DNA from: Chthoniobacterales bacterium
GTDB lineage: Bacteria; Verrucomicrobiota; Verrucomicrobiia; Chthoniobacterales; UBA10450
Assembly: GCA_038258245.1 (NCBI GenBank)
Contig: JBBSQB010000008.1
Coordinates: forward strand, 31,405-95,404
Length of the DNA stretch: 64,000 bases
Direction: 5' to 3'
Shown in pieces: positions 19,726 to 28,669 of the stretch (its first letter is position 1; the number at the start of each line of letters is the position of its first letter). The notes under the pieces were generated by a model. That model ran no database searches. It worked only from the letters and a program-made list of their open reading frames with translations, and was not told where the DNA came from. The position numbers and the translations under genes were made by a program.

Positions 19726-20750
19726 AGTTCTATCTCCTCCACTAATCTTCTTTGTTCATTGCAGTCCAATGCACCCAAGTGCGACACCCGAATCATGTTC
19801 GCCGGTCCAGAAGGCATTACATAAATTTGGCGATCGTTCAGGAAATTAACGAGTGGACGCACCGGAAAGGGAAGATAAACACCAGTCAAACAATTTGACA
19901 TCTGCTCGGCAGAAAAAGTCCATCCGCGTTCTACGCAAGCTTGTCGAAAAGAAATCGCCCGAGACTTAACCTGCTCGATAATCTTTAGAACTCCAACGCC
20001 GCGGACTTTCACCAGGCGGGCATGTAACTGCATAAACAAATGGGTGGCTGGACTAAAAGGTGTCTGACCCCTCTGAAGATTCGTGAGCTGGTCATTCCAA
20101 TCGTAATAAAACGATTTGGGAACGAACTTCCTTTGCTCAACGATACCCTTGGAAAGCACCACAAAGCTCAACCCAGGAGGCAGATTGAGTCCCTTCTGCG
20201 AACTCAAAATTGCGATATCAATCCTGAATCGCGACATCGAAAAAGTGTCCGTCAGGAACGAACTGATTGCATCTACAACCAGGTAGACCCCTTTGGTGCG
20301 GCACGACTTTGAAACCGTCTCCAAATCGTAAAGATAGCCGGAGGAGGTCTCGTGGTGTTGCATGAGGAGCACATCATACCTTCCTGAAGCGATATGCTCC
20401 TCCAACGATGCATGGTCGGGATGCTTTCCAAATGAAACCACGAGCTCATCGTGAGGCAAGCCATAGTACCTACACAGGTCGCGCCACCGCGCGCCGAAGT
20501 CTCCCCCGTTGATCACCAACGCTCTCTTGCAGGTTGAGACGAATGAACAGACACAGGCATCCATGGCTGCCGTTCCGGATGCGGTGTACGGGATGACGCG
20601 CCCGCCTGGACACTCGAGGAGATCTAACAGCATGCTTTCATTTTCCAAAACCAAATCTGAAAACCACTGAGTCCGCATATACGGGATTTGGCCGGCGGCT
20701 ATCGCCAAAATGTCTGGTTCGATATTTCCGGGGAAGGCAAAAGATTTCAT
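19701..20750 (-). CDS. Class V PLP-dependent aminotransferase (AGXT/PhnW-like)
   Basis: 349 aa. 'VVDAISS' and 'LSSQKGL' (PLP-lysine SxQK motif). Confidence 0.75.
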   Translation of the reverse strand: MKSFAFPGNIEPDILAIAAGQIPYMRTQWFSDLVLENESMLLDLLECPGGRVIPYTASGTAAMDACVCSFVSTCKRALVINGGDFGARWRDLCRYYGLPHDELVVSFGKHPDHASLEEHIASGRYDVLLMQHHETSSGYLYDLETVSKSCRTKGVYLVVDAISSFLTDTFSMSRFRIDIAILSSQKGLNLPPGLSFVVLSKGIVEQRKFVPKSFYYDWNDQLTNLQRGQTPFSPATHLFMQLHARLVKVRGVGVLKIIEQVKSRAISFRQACVERGWTFSAEQMSNCLTGVYLPFPVRPLVNFLNDRQIYVMPSGPANMIRVSHLGALDCNEQRRLVEEIELWEKGQKK

Positions 20751-20762
20751 GGCAGCCTGTCC

Positions 20763-21245
20763 CTACACGTAATCTTCTCCGCGGATGGTTAGAACGGGTG
20801 ACATGCTCTCTCGAAAACCGAATCTCCTGTAAAAGTCCTCAGAGCCGGGGATAGCGGTAAGAAAAATCTTAATGAAGCCTTCCGCTTTGCACTCTTTGAC
20901 CGCTGTTTCAATAAGGTTGACGCCGATTCCTGACCCTCTGGAGCTCGGGTCAACCATAACATCAAGTATGTAGAACATGTATACGTAATCAGTGAGAATC
21001 CTCAGGTACCCGACCAGATTACCTTCTTCACCTCGGGCTGTGACAGAAATCGTGTTCTCCAAACTTACTCTCTCTTTTTCCCTATTCCGAAGTGCCACGT
21101 GAAACACGTTGCGTGCAGGGAAGCGATCTCCCCGGAACACCACCATTTTATCCAGCAAACCAAACAGTTCCTCAACCGAAACCCTGTCTTTGTAAGTGTA
21201 ATGAATTGGCATAAACGACTTCTTTGGAATCGTGTCTCGCAGCAC
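20763..21245 (-). CDS. GNAT family N-acetyltransferase
   Basis: 'VMVDPSSRGSGIGVNLIETAV' acetyl-CoA binding motif (R/Q-x-x-G-x-G/A). The start could instead be Met12 at 21212. Confidence 0.75.
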   Translation of the reverse strand: MLRDTIPKKSFMPIHYTYKDRVSVEELFGLLDKMVVFRGDRFPARNVFHVALRNREKERVSLENTISVTARGEEGNLVGYLRILTDYVYMFYILDVMVDPSSRGSGIGVNLIETAVKECKAEGFIKIFLTAIPGSEDFYRRFGFRESMSPVLTIRGEDYV

Positions 21246-21436
21246 AGCGGCGATGCAAAACAGTTAAACGGCGTGTTGTTGACCGCCTAGCCGTTAGGCC
21301 CGATCAGTTGTGCCGCTACGAAATAAAGTCATAACTCCAGACTTGGTTGAGGCGCGTCGCGCGCCGCCAACTCTCATCGCAGATGGATCAGTTTTCGGAG
21401 AGCCTTCCACCTACGCCTCGACAACAACCCTTCAGA

Positions 21437-22144
21437 CTATTTCTTGAGCATCGCCAAAAAGTTCGTCCCGTTCGGTCGCTGCAACTCGGGCGCGAGCTCC
21501 TTGATAAACTTTTCAACGATAGCGGCCGTTTCGCTTTCGGTCCGGCTCGGGGAGGCGATTCCCTCCGTAACGGTGGCGGCCACTGTGACGTAGGCCCAAC
21601 GTTGATTCTCGCCGTGCAAAATCCGGTCGCGGATATCAATCATGGTGCGCACGAAATGCGATGGGGTGACCTGATCTTCCCCGACAAACCAATAATAGGT
21701 CAGGTTGTGAATGAGCACGGTCTGATTTTCTGCGACACGCACCGGCCGAGCATTAAACAACCGGGTGGTCTGGAGGCCGGCCGTTCCGGGTAAAGGAATG
21801 TTGCGCGAGGACGAGTCGAGCAGACTCCAGCCTTGCGCCGGAAGGCAGCGTTCGGGGCGATGAATGCTGTTCGTCATGTCCTGGCCAGAAAGGACGATCG
21901 ACACGTAGATCTGGTCGCCTTCCGGACTGCGGTAAATCTTGCGGGCAAATTGGGTGTCGTCGGCCAGAGCATCCAATTCCTTTTGTGTCACCGCCGCATT
22001 TTCGCCGAGCCAGCCGCCGACCCAAATGGGCAGTTTCATCACGATTCCAGCCGGGCTGGTTCCCGGTGAGTTCGGAAGCAAAAAGACGGAGCCGAGGCCG
22101 GCCAGGAGAACCACGGCTACCCAAAAAAGACGTTTGGCAATCAT
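21437..22144 (-). CDS. epsI: Exosortase-associated EpsI family protein
   Basis: N-terminal anchor plus 'SIHRPERCLPAQGW', the EpsI hallmark. ATGA overlap with the exosortase stop. Confidence 0.8.
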   Translation of the reverse strand: MIAKRLFWVAVVLLAGLGSVFLLPNSPGTSPAGIVMKLPIWVGGWLGENAAVTQKELDALADDTQFARKIYRSPEGDQIYVSIVLSGQDMTNSIHRPERCLPAQGWSLLDSSSRNIPLPGTAGLQTTRLFNARPVRVAENQTVLIHNLTYYWFVGEDQVTPSHFVRTMIDIRDRILHGENQRWAYVTVAATVTEGIASPSRTESETAAIVEKFIKELAPELQRPNGTNFLAMLKK

Positions 22145-23118
22145 ATGGAAAGCGATTCGTTAGCCACGACGGGTGACTTATCCTGACGTGGCTTCAAATT
22201 AAGAAGTTTCCCGAGAAGCAGCATCGCGCCGATGGCAAACGGGAAGGATAAAAATCCGGAGATTTCGTGGTAAGGACCACCGGCCAAATCCTGGCCAAAC
22301 CAGCGCGCGACCACCATAATGGAAACCAGACGGCCCGCATTTCCGATGATGGCAAAAACGATGGAGGCCGCGAAGATGACCACTTTCTTCCAAATACGAT
22401 CCTGGGTGAGATGGGCGTAGATGGCGGAGAGCATCGAAATGGCCATGAGCGAGCGAATGCCGCTGCAACCTTCGTCCACTTGGAAGCGGAACGACTCGTT
22501 GACCGCACTGATGGTAGTACCCACTTTATAAACCGACAGCCCGATAAAGTTGCACACGGTAGCGGCCACGCCCGTTTCCATAAATTGAAGGTTGGCCGTC
22601 GCTTGCGTGAGAAAATTCAGAGGGACCATGAAAAGCAAAAAGGCGATTGGGAAAAGAAGCACGCGCGCCACGCTCTTCCCGAGCACGACCAGCACCGCGC
22701 CAAAAATCAGCGCCGGCAACGCGATGAGCGAGAGACGCGGTTGCAGGGTGCGCGCGCCGGCGAAAAACAAAAAGGCGCCCGCTGCGATGAACAGCCAGCC
22801 CCATCTGGAAGAACCCAGCGGTGCGGCCTTTAATTTGTCCCGCGCATGCCAAATCAAAAACAGGGTGATGAGGGGAATGAGCTTGGCGTGCTCATAATTG
22901 TTTTTCGGGGTCCAAACCTCCCAAGACCAGCGCGCGACGGACCGAACGCCATGGACAGGATCAGGAAAAAGATTTAAAAAAACGAAAAAGTAGACGAAGA
23001 GCGCCATCAAGAAAGCCAGAGCCAAGGCAGCCAGAGGGCGTTCACGCAACCACTGCTGCGTACTTCGGGCCACCGAGCTGACGGTAAGAGAGGGCATTGT
23101 CTGAGAACTGCTACTCAT
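22141..23118 (-). CDS. Exosortase (Xrt family; subtype not assignable by eye)
   Basis: Polytopic protein with a catalytic-Cys block 'VDEGCSGIRSL', an Arg block 'IGNAGRL' and a His block 'GGPYHEISG'. Confidence 0.85.
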   Translation of the reverse strand: MSSSSQTMPSLTVSSVARSTQQWLRERPLAALALAFLMALFVYFFVFLNLFPDPVHGVRSVARWSWEVWTPKNNYEHAKLIPLITLFLIWHARDKLKAAPLGSSRWGWLFIAAGAFLFFAGARTLQPRLSLIALPALIFGAVLVVLGKSVARVLLFPIAFLLFMVPLNFLTQATANLQFMETGVAATVCNFIGLSVYKVGTTISAVNESFRFQVDEGCSGIRSLMAISMLSAIYAHLTQDRIWKKVVIFAASIVFAIIGNAGRLVSIMVVARWFGQDLAGGPYHEISGFLSFPFAIGAMLLLGKLLNLKPRQDKSPVVANESLSI

Positions 23119-23237
23119 CTGTAACGCGGAGTTTAGAATAGCGGCCTGAATCGCGCAACGTCATTAGTGACCGAGGCGACGCGGGAACCCCTTGCCCAAA
23201 TGAGGATATCGGGGAACAGAGGCTGCTCGGACTCAAG

Positions 23238-23990
23238 ATGAATTTACGGACTGTCGATATATTAGGGACGCCGCTGACGATGACAAATTACGCGGATTTC
23301 ACGGCGCATTGTCATGAGCTCGTAAAAACCGAAGAGACTTTTGCCGTCGACCTCACCAATACGCAGGTCGTCACCCTGCGGCGGCATGAACCGGCCTTTC
23401 GTCGCATCACCAAAGAGTTCGACTATTTTCTTCCAGACGGCATGCCCTTGATCTGGTGCATTCGCGCCGCGGGAGTTCGGCTCTCCGATCGGGTTTATGG
23501 TCCAACGTTTATGCGGCACTGTGTGCTTGGATCGCCGGCCCCGTGGAAGCATTACTTCCTGGGCGGTTCCCTCGCCACGCTCAAGGCGCTGCAGGCCGCA
23601 TTGCGTGCGCAGAATGCGAACCTTCGCATTGTCGGTTTTCACCACGGCTACTTTTCAACGGCCGATGAAGAATTGATTCTGGATGAGATTAACCATCTGA
23701 ATCCGGACTTCATCTGGGTCGGTCTGGGGACGCCAAAACAGCAAGCTTGGATTCACCGTTACAAAGCACGAATCCGTCGCGGCGTAATCTTCGCGGTCGG
23801 CTTCGCTTTTGATGTCAATGCCGGGACCAAAAACGATGCTCCGCTTTGGATGCAGCGATCGGGTTTAACCTGGGTCTTCCGAATCATGAGCGAACCCAGA
23901 CGCTTGCTGGGGCGATATCTGAAATACAATTCGCTCTTTCTTTTTTATCTGTGCAAGGACCGGCTGTTTCGACGCAGGCCGATCGGTTGA
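23238..23990 (+). CDS. WecB/TagA/CpsF family glycosyltransferase (GT26)
   Basis: 'ILGTPL...PDGMPLIW...VGLGTPKQQAWI' family motifs. Confidence 0.85.
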   Translation: MNLRTVDILGTPLTMTNYADFTAHCHELVKTEETFAVDLTNTQVVTLRRHEPAFRRITKEFDYFLPDGMPLIWCIRAAGVRLSDRVYGPTFMRHCVLGSPAPWKHYFLGGSLATLKALQAALRAQNANLRIVGFHHGYFSTADEELILDEINHLNPDFIWVGLGTPKQQAWIHRYKARIRRGVIFAVGFAFDVNAGTKNDAPLWMQRSGLTWVFRIMSEPRRLLGRYLKYNSLFLFYLCKDRLFRRRPIG

Positions 23991-24258
23991 GCCTTGCTGA
24001 AGAGAGGCAGCTCGCTAAGTCGGACGGCTTCTTCCGGCTTCCTTCGATTGTGAGCGTTGGCGATTTAGGCTGATCGGCCCAGTGATATAAGAGCCACTTG
24101 CGTCGCGTCTTCCTGTTGCCTTGCCTCGGGCTCGCGCCGCCGGCGCCGAGTAATCCCCGCGGGATGCGATTTTGAATAGCCGCCTTTACGGGCGGATGGC
24201 AAAAGGGCAGCCGCGGTCTGGATCCTGCTTGAAAAACATAGTAATTCCTGTTTTTATT

Positions 24259-26373
24259 ATGTTTACACGCTTCTCCGCCGCCGTTTCTACAATTTTCTTC
24301 TCCTTTTATCTTCTTTCCGCGCCCACCAGCAGCGCAGCCTCTCTGGAAATCTGGATCAGCGCTCAACCAATTCCGCTTGGCGGCTCCGGCACGCAAGCCA
24401 ATCCCTACGACGGGAGCAGTCAGCCGAAGTTCGATGCGATCATGAATTCAATCCGGAATACTCCAAATCTCACCATTCACCTCGGCGTCGGAACCTTCCG
24501 CTCAGACGTGACCGCTGACAACCGGTGGGCGGTCAAACCGGGATGGGTAATAACAGGCGCCGGGATGAACGTCACCATCTGCCAAATGATGGGTAATTTG
24601 ACTGGCAAACATTGGGATATGGAGTTCTTCAAGTCGCCCCCCAACGTCCCCACCGACAATGTCGTCGTACAGGATCTGACGGTAGATTGTAATTGGTCCG
24701 AACTTGGACCCACCGCCGATACTGGAGCGAAGGGTGAAAAATTCGGGGCCATCTACGCCATCAGCCTTGGAGGCAGCAACATCATCATTCAGCGGGTTCG
24801 CCACATAAACAGTTACGGCTCTTCGGCAAACGCAAACGAAGCGTTTGGAATCTCGCTTGGAGCTCCCAATTCTGGTGACGTTAGCGGCAACATTATTCGG
24901 AATTGCCGGGCGGAACAACCTCAAGGGAATTATGGTTCGCCTTTCGGCCTTCATGGCTGGCCGTGGGATGAGGTTCATTTCATGACCAATTCCAGCGTCT
25001 ATGGGAACTACGCTGCGGGCAACGCCAATGGCGCCGTCACCGGCTTCACCACCGGCGGCGTAAACGGCGCGTTTCTCAAGAACTGCAAAGTTTATGATAA
25101 CACCTTCGTCGATTGCCAGAGCATCTTTTACCAGGACACGGGCAGCATCGAAGGATTGCAAGTCGCCAATAACACGCTGACGCGCGGCTGGCTCGGGGTG
25201 GGACTTCCAGCGGGTGCTGGTGGTGAACCAACCTGGACGAAAACTGACGTTCAAATTACGGGAAACACGATTAATCTGCAAAACCGTACTTCTGCTTACG
25301 GCAGCGCCAGCTACGGGATCGGTATATACGGTGCCCTCGCCTCCAATCTGACCATCTCCAATAATCACATCTCGTTCAGCCCGACCGGCCATGGCTTTCA
25401 GCAGTTTCTAACCATCAGCGCGGGTCAAACAGAAAACTGCACCATTTCGGACAATAGTGCGGATGAAGCCTCGGCCGGCCCGGCGATCGAAGCTCCTGTG
25501 CGGGCGCAGGTGGCGAGTTATAACACCACCATTGCCCGCAATGTTCGCAATTCCGGCGGATTTATGACAGGTTTGGGCGATCAATATCTGAAGCCACTAG
25601 CCCGGGCGGTGAACTTTTCGACCCGGGCCATGGTGGGGACTGGTGATAATGTGCTCATCAACGGCTTCATCGTCGGTGGGGATCAACCGAAACGCGTCAT
25701 CATACGGGCGATCGGACCTTCCCTCGCCGCCAGCGGAGTGCAGAATGCGTTGGCGGATCCGACTGTTTCGCTCTTCGACTCGACCGGCAAAAAGATTGCC
25801 GGCAATGACGATTGGCGTGCGTCGTCGCTGCAGACCGAGATCATCGCCACTCACATCCAGCCGTCGAACGATCGGGAATCGGCCATCATTGCCACTCTGC
25901 CGGCAGGCACTTACACGGCGGTCATGTCGGGCAAGAGCAGCGGCGTCGGAGTCGGCTTGATTGAAGTGTACGATCTCGCGCCCACCGCGAATTCGTCCCT
26001 GCAGAATGTCAGCACGCGTGGACTGGTAGGAACCGGAGACAACGTGATCATCGGCGGCCTTATCGTCGGCGAAGGCCAGAATCCAACCATCGTTATTCGC
26101 GGTATCGGGCCAAGCCTGGTGAGGGCGGGCATCAGTAACGCGCTGATGAATCCAATGCTCGAGCTGCATGATAGAAACGGCGCGACCCTGTCGTCGAATG
26201 ACAACTGGTGGCAGACCCAAAAAGACGCGATCCAGGCGAGCGGACTGGCTCCGACGGACAATCGCGAATCGACCATTTTGGCGCAGCTTCCGCCGGGACG
26301 TTATACCACGGTTCTCCGCGGCGTGAACAACAGCATCGGCGTCGGCCTGGTCGAAGTTTATCGAACGCAATAG
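24259..26373 (+). CDS. Secreted parallel beta-helix protein with two tandem ~115-aa C-terminal domains
   Basis: Start at ATG 24259 with a signal peptide (FFSFYLLSAPTSSAA). Beta-helix turns, then the duplicated module 'STR..VGTGDNV.I.G.IV......v.IR.IGPSL...G..NAL..P...L.D..G....NDNW'. Confidence 0.65.
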   Translation: MFTRFSAAVSTIFFSFYLLSAPTSSAASLEIWISAQPIPLGGSGTQANPYDGSSQPKFDAIMNSIRNTPNLTIHLGVGTFRSDVTADNRWAVKPGWVITGAGMNVTICQMMGNLTGKHWDMEFFKSPPNVPTDNVVVQDLTVDCNWSELGPTADTGAKGEKFGAIYAISLGGSNIIIQRVRHINSYGSSANANEAFGISLGAPNSGDVSGNIIRNCRAEQPQGNYGSPFGLHGWPWDEVHFMTNSSVYGNYAAGNANGAVTGFTTGGVNGAFLKNCKVYDNTFVDCQSIFYQDTGSIEGLQVANNTLTRGWLGVGLPAGAGGEPTWTKTDVQITGNTINLQNRTSAYGSASYGIGIYGALASNLTISNNHISFSPTGHGFQQFLTISAGQTENCTISDNSADEASAGPAIEAPVRAQVASYNTTIARNVRNSGGFMTGLGDQYLKPLARAVNFSTRAMVGTGDNVLINGFIVGGDQPKRVIIRAIGPSLAASGVQNALADPTVSLFDSTGKKIAGNDDWRASSLQTEIIATHIQPSNDRESAIIATLPAGTYTAVMSGKSSGVGVGLIEVYDLAPTANSSLQNVSTRGLVGTGDNVIIGGLIVGEGQNPTIVIRGIGPSLVRAGISNALMNPMLELHDRNGATLSSNDNWWQTQKDAIQASGLAPTDNRESTILAQLPPGRYTTVLRGVNNSIGVGLVEVYRTQ

Positions 26374-26396
26374 CGCGGCGATCGCGGAAAGCGCAG

Positions 26397-28205
26397 TCAG
26401 ACTTTGCGGCCGAATTTTTTCTCGAGTTCGCCTAACGAAATCTGGATCATGGTCGGACGGCCGTGCGGGCAGCAATAGGGCAGCTCGCAAGCAAGCAGAT
26501 CGCGCATCAGTTTTTCGATCTCGAGATGGCGCAGCGGGTCGTTCGCTTTGACGGCGTGACGGCAGACGGTCTTGGCGATCATGTCTTCGCCCAGTCGAAG
26601 TGCGGAGGCGCCCTGGCTGGCGTTCTTGAGTGAATCGATCACTTCGCGCATGAAACGGACGGGATCGGCGGTGGTGAGGAAGGTGGGGAGGCTGTCGATC
26701 TTGAAGGTGGTTGGCCCGAAAGCTTCAATGCCGATCCCCATCTTTTGCAGCGTGGCGACATTGCGCTCGACCCAGGCGGCGTCGCGCGGCGGAAGATCGA
26801 AGGTTTGCGGCAGGAGAAGACGCTGCGACGGGACGCCCTGTTCTTCCATGCGGCGGCGTAATTCTTCGAAGAGAATGCGCTCGTGGGCGGCGTGTTGATC
26901 GACGAGCACGAGGCCGTCGGCGTTTTCCATGAGGACGTAGAGTTTGTTGAGGACGCCAATGATTTTGAATGGGGTCGAGTCGTTAGGCGGAGTGGCGGGT
27001 GCAGACGAAAGAGGTTCGGTAGCCCGACGGGTTTCCTCGGCCCCGAAAGCTTTCGGGGCTCGAAAGGGATGAGGGCTCGCTTCGCTCGGGATGACGGGGA
27101 ACGTTGGCGGCGGGAAAGCGAAGGCTTGGTTTACCGGTTCTGGTTCAGGTGAAGCAATCGCGTGGACGGGCGCGGTGGGCGGCGCGCGAAATTGTTCCTG
27201 CCAATCGCGGCGGCCGCTTTCGAGCGTTTCGCGAATGCTGGCCACAATCGCTTCGCGGACCCCTCTCGGATCGCGGAATCGGACTTCGCGTTTGGCGGGA
27301 TGAACGTTGACGTCGACCGCCGTCGGATCCATTTGCAGGAAGAGAAAGGTGACCGGGAATTGCCCCTTCATCAGCGCGGTGTGATAACCTTCGCGCAAGG
27401 CTGCGGTCAGCACAGCGCCTTCGATGGCGCGGCCGTTGACGAAGACAAGCTGTTGCGCGCGCGTCTGCCGACTGACGCCTGCCTGCCCGATGAGCCCGCT
27501 AATTTCCAGCCGGGCAGATTTTGGCGGCGTGGCAATCTCGAGAAGCCTCTCAACGAGCTCACTCCCGTACAAATCGCGGATGCGTTCGCGCAGGCTCTCG
27601 GTGGCGGGCAATTGAAAGACGACGCGCTCATCGCGCACGAACGCGAACGCGATCTGCGGATGCCCGATGGCCTGGAGATGCAGTTGATGTTCGACGTTGC
27701 GGCTCTCCGTGTTTTCGGAGCGCAGAAATTTCCGGCGGGCCGGCAGAGTGTAGAAGAGCGAGCGCGCTTCGATTTGGGTGCCGGGCGCTTCGCCGCCATC
27801 GCGCACCGTTTCGATGCGGCCTCCGGCCACCAGAATTTCGCTCCCGGCGACGGCTTCGGGTTCCCGAGTCGTTAGGCGAAAACGCGAGACGCTCGCGATG
27901 CTGGGCAGCGCCTCCCCGCGAAAGCCAAGCGTGCGAATGTTCGACAGATCGTCCGACGTGCGAATCTTGCTGGTGGCGTGGCGCTCGAGACAGAGCAGCG
28001 CATCATCGCGATCCATCCCGCAACCGTCGTCGATCACCCGCACGAGCGAGATGCCGCCGCGTCGGATCATCACTTCGATGTGACGCGCGCCCGCATCGAT
28101 GCTGTTTTCGACCAGCTCCTTCACGATGGAAGCCGGGCGCTCGATCACTTCGCCGGCGGCGACCTGGCTGGCGAGAATTTCTGGCAACAAACGGATGCGA
28201 CTCAT
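26397..28205 (-). CDS. mutL: DNA mismatch repair endonuclease MutL
   Basis: Start at ATG 28205 'MSRIRLLPEILASQVAAGEVIERPASIVKELVENSIDAG'. C-terminal 'DQHAAHERILFE' endonuclease motif. Confidence 0.9.
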   Translation of the reverse strand: MSRIRLLPEILASQVAAGEVIERPASIVKELVENSIDAGARHIEVMIRRGGISLVRVIDDGCGMDRDDALLCLERHATSKIRTSDDLSNIRTLGFRGEALPSIASVSRFRLTTREPEAVAGSEILVAGGRIETVRDGGEAPGTQIEARSLFYTLPARRKFLRSENTESRNVEHQLHLQAIGHPQIAFAFVRDERVVFQLPATESLRERIRDLYGSELVERLLEIATPPKSARLEISGLIGQAGVSRQTRAQQLVFVNGRAIEGAVLTAALREGYHTALMKGQFPVTFLFLQMDPTAVDVNVHPAKREVRFRDPRGVREAIVASIRETLESGRRDWQEQFRAPPTAPVHAIASPEPEPVNQAFAFPPPTFPVIPSEASPHPFRAPKAFGAEETRRATEPLSSAPATPPNDSTPFKIIGVLNKLYVLMENADGLVLVDQHAAHERILFEELRRRMEEQGVPSQRLLLPQTFDLPPRDAAWVERNVATLQKMGIGIEAFGPTTFKIDSLPTFLTTADPVRFMREVIDSLKNASQGASALRLGEDMIAKTVCRHAVKANDPLRHLEIEKLMRDLLACELPYCCPHGRPTMIQISLGELEKKFGRKV

Positions 28206-28311
28206 GCGATCCCCGATTTTAGTTTCGCGCGGTCGGATTGCACGCGCAGATTCCCCCGCTCGTCCCGCTCCCATTGACTTGGCGCGCCGTGCCGATAATT
28301 TCCATATCTCG

Positions 28312-28647
28312 ATGATGAACGTCACCCAAAATGCCGCCCAGCACCTCCGCTCTCTTCTGGCGGAACATGCGGACACGCCCGCGCAGGGTTTGCGCGTGCA
28401 AATTGCCAAGGGCGGCTGTTCCGGCCTGCAATATGAGATGTCGCTCGGCGACCGGCAGGAAAAGGACGCGGTCGTGGAGCAGGATGGCGTTTCCTTTTTC
28501 GTCGATCCGCAAAGCGCGGCCTACCTCGATGCGGCCACGCTCGATTTTCAAGATGGGCTGACCGGGGCCGGCTTTCGCATCGTGAATCCAAACGCCGCCC
28601 GCACGTGCGGTTGCGGCACTTCCTTCGAGCCGGCGCCGCGCGCCTAA
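28312..28647 (+). CDS. A-type iron-sulfur cluster carrier (IscA/ErpA/HesB family)
   Basis: 'GGCSGLQYEM' and a C-terminal 'CGCGTSF' cysteine triad. Start at ATG 28312. Confidence 0.85.
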   Translation: MMNVTQNAAQHLRSLLAEHADTPAQGLRVQIAKGGCSGLQYEMSLGDRQEKDAVVEQDGVSFFVDPQSAAYLDAATLDFQDGLTGAGFRIVNPNAARTCGCGTSFEPAPRA

Positions 28648-28669
28648 CGAACCTTCCGCCCGGCGCCGA

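Noticed and set aside
19225-20750. Calling the aminotransferase/cytidylyltransferase pair a 2-aminoethylphosphonate (phosphonate) pathway
   Set aside because: PEP mutase and phosphonopyruvate decarboxylase are absent from the window. The cytidylyltransferase is TagD/ECT-type rather than the LicC-type I associate with phosphonate activation. The substrate is left open.
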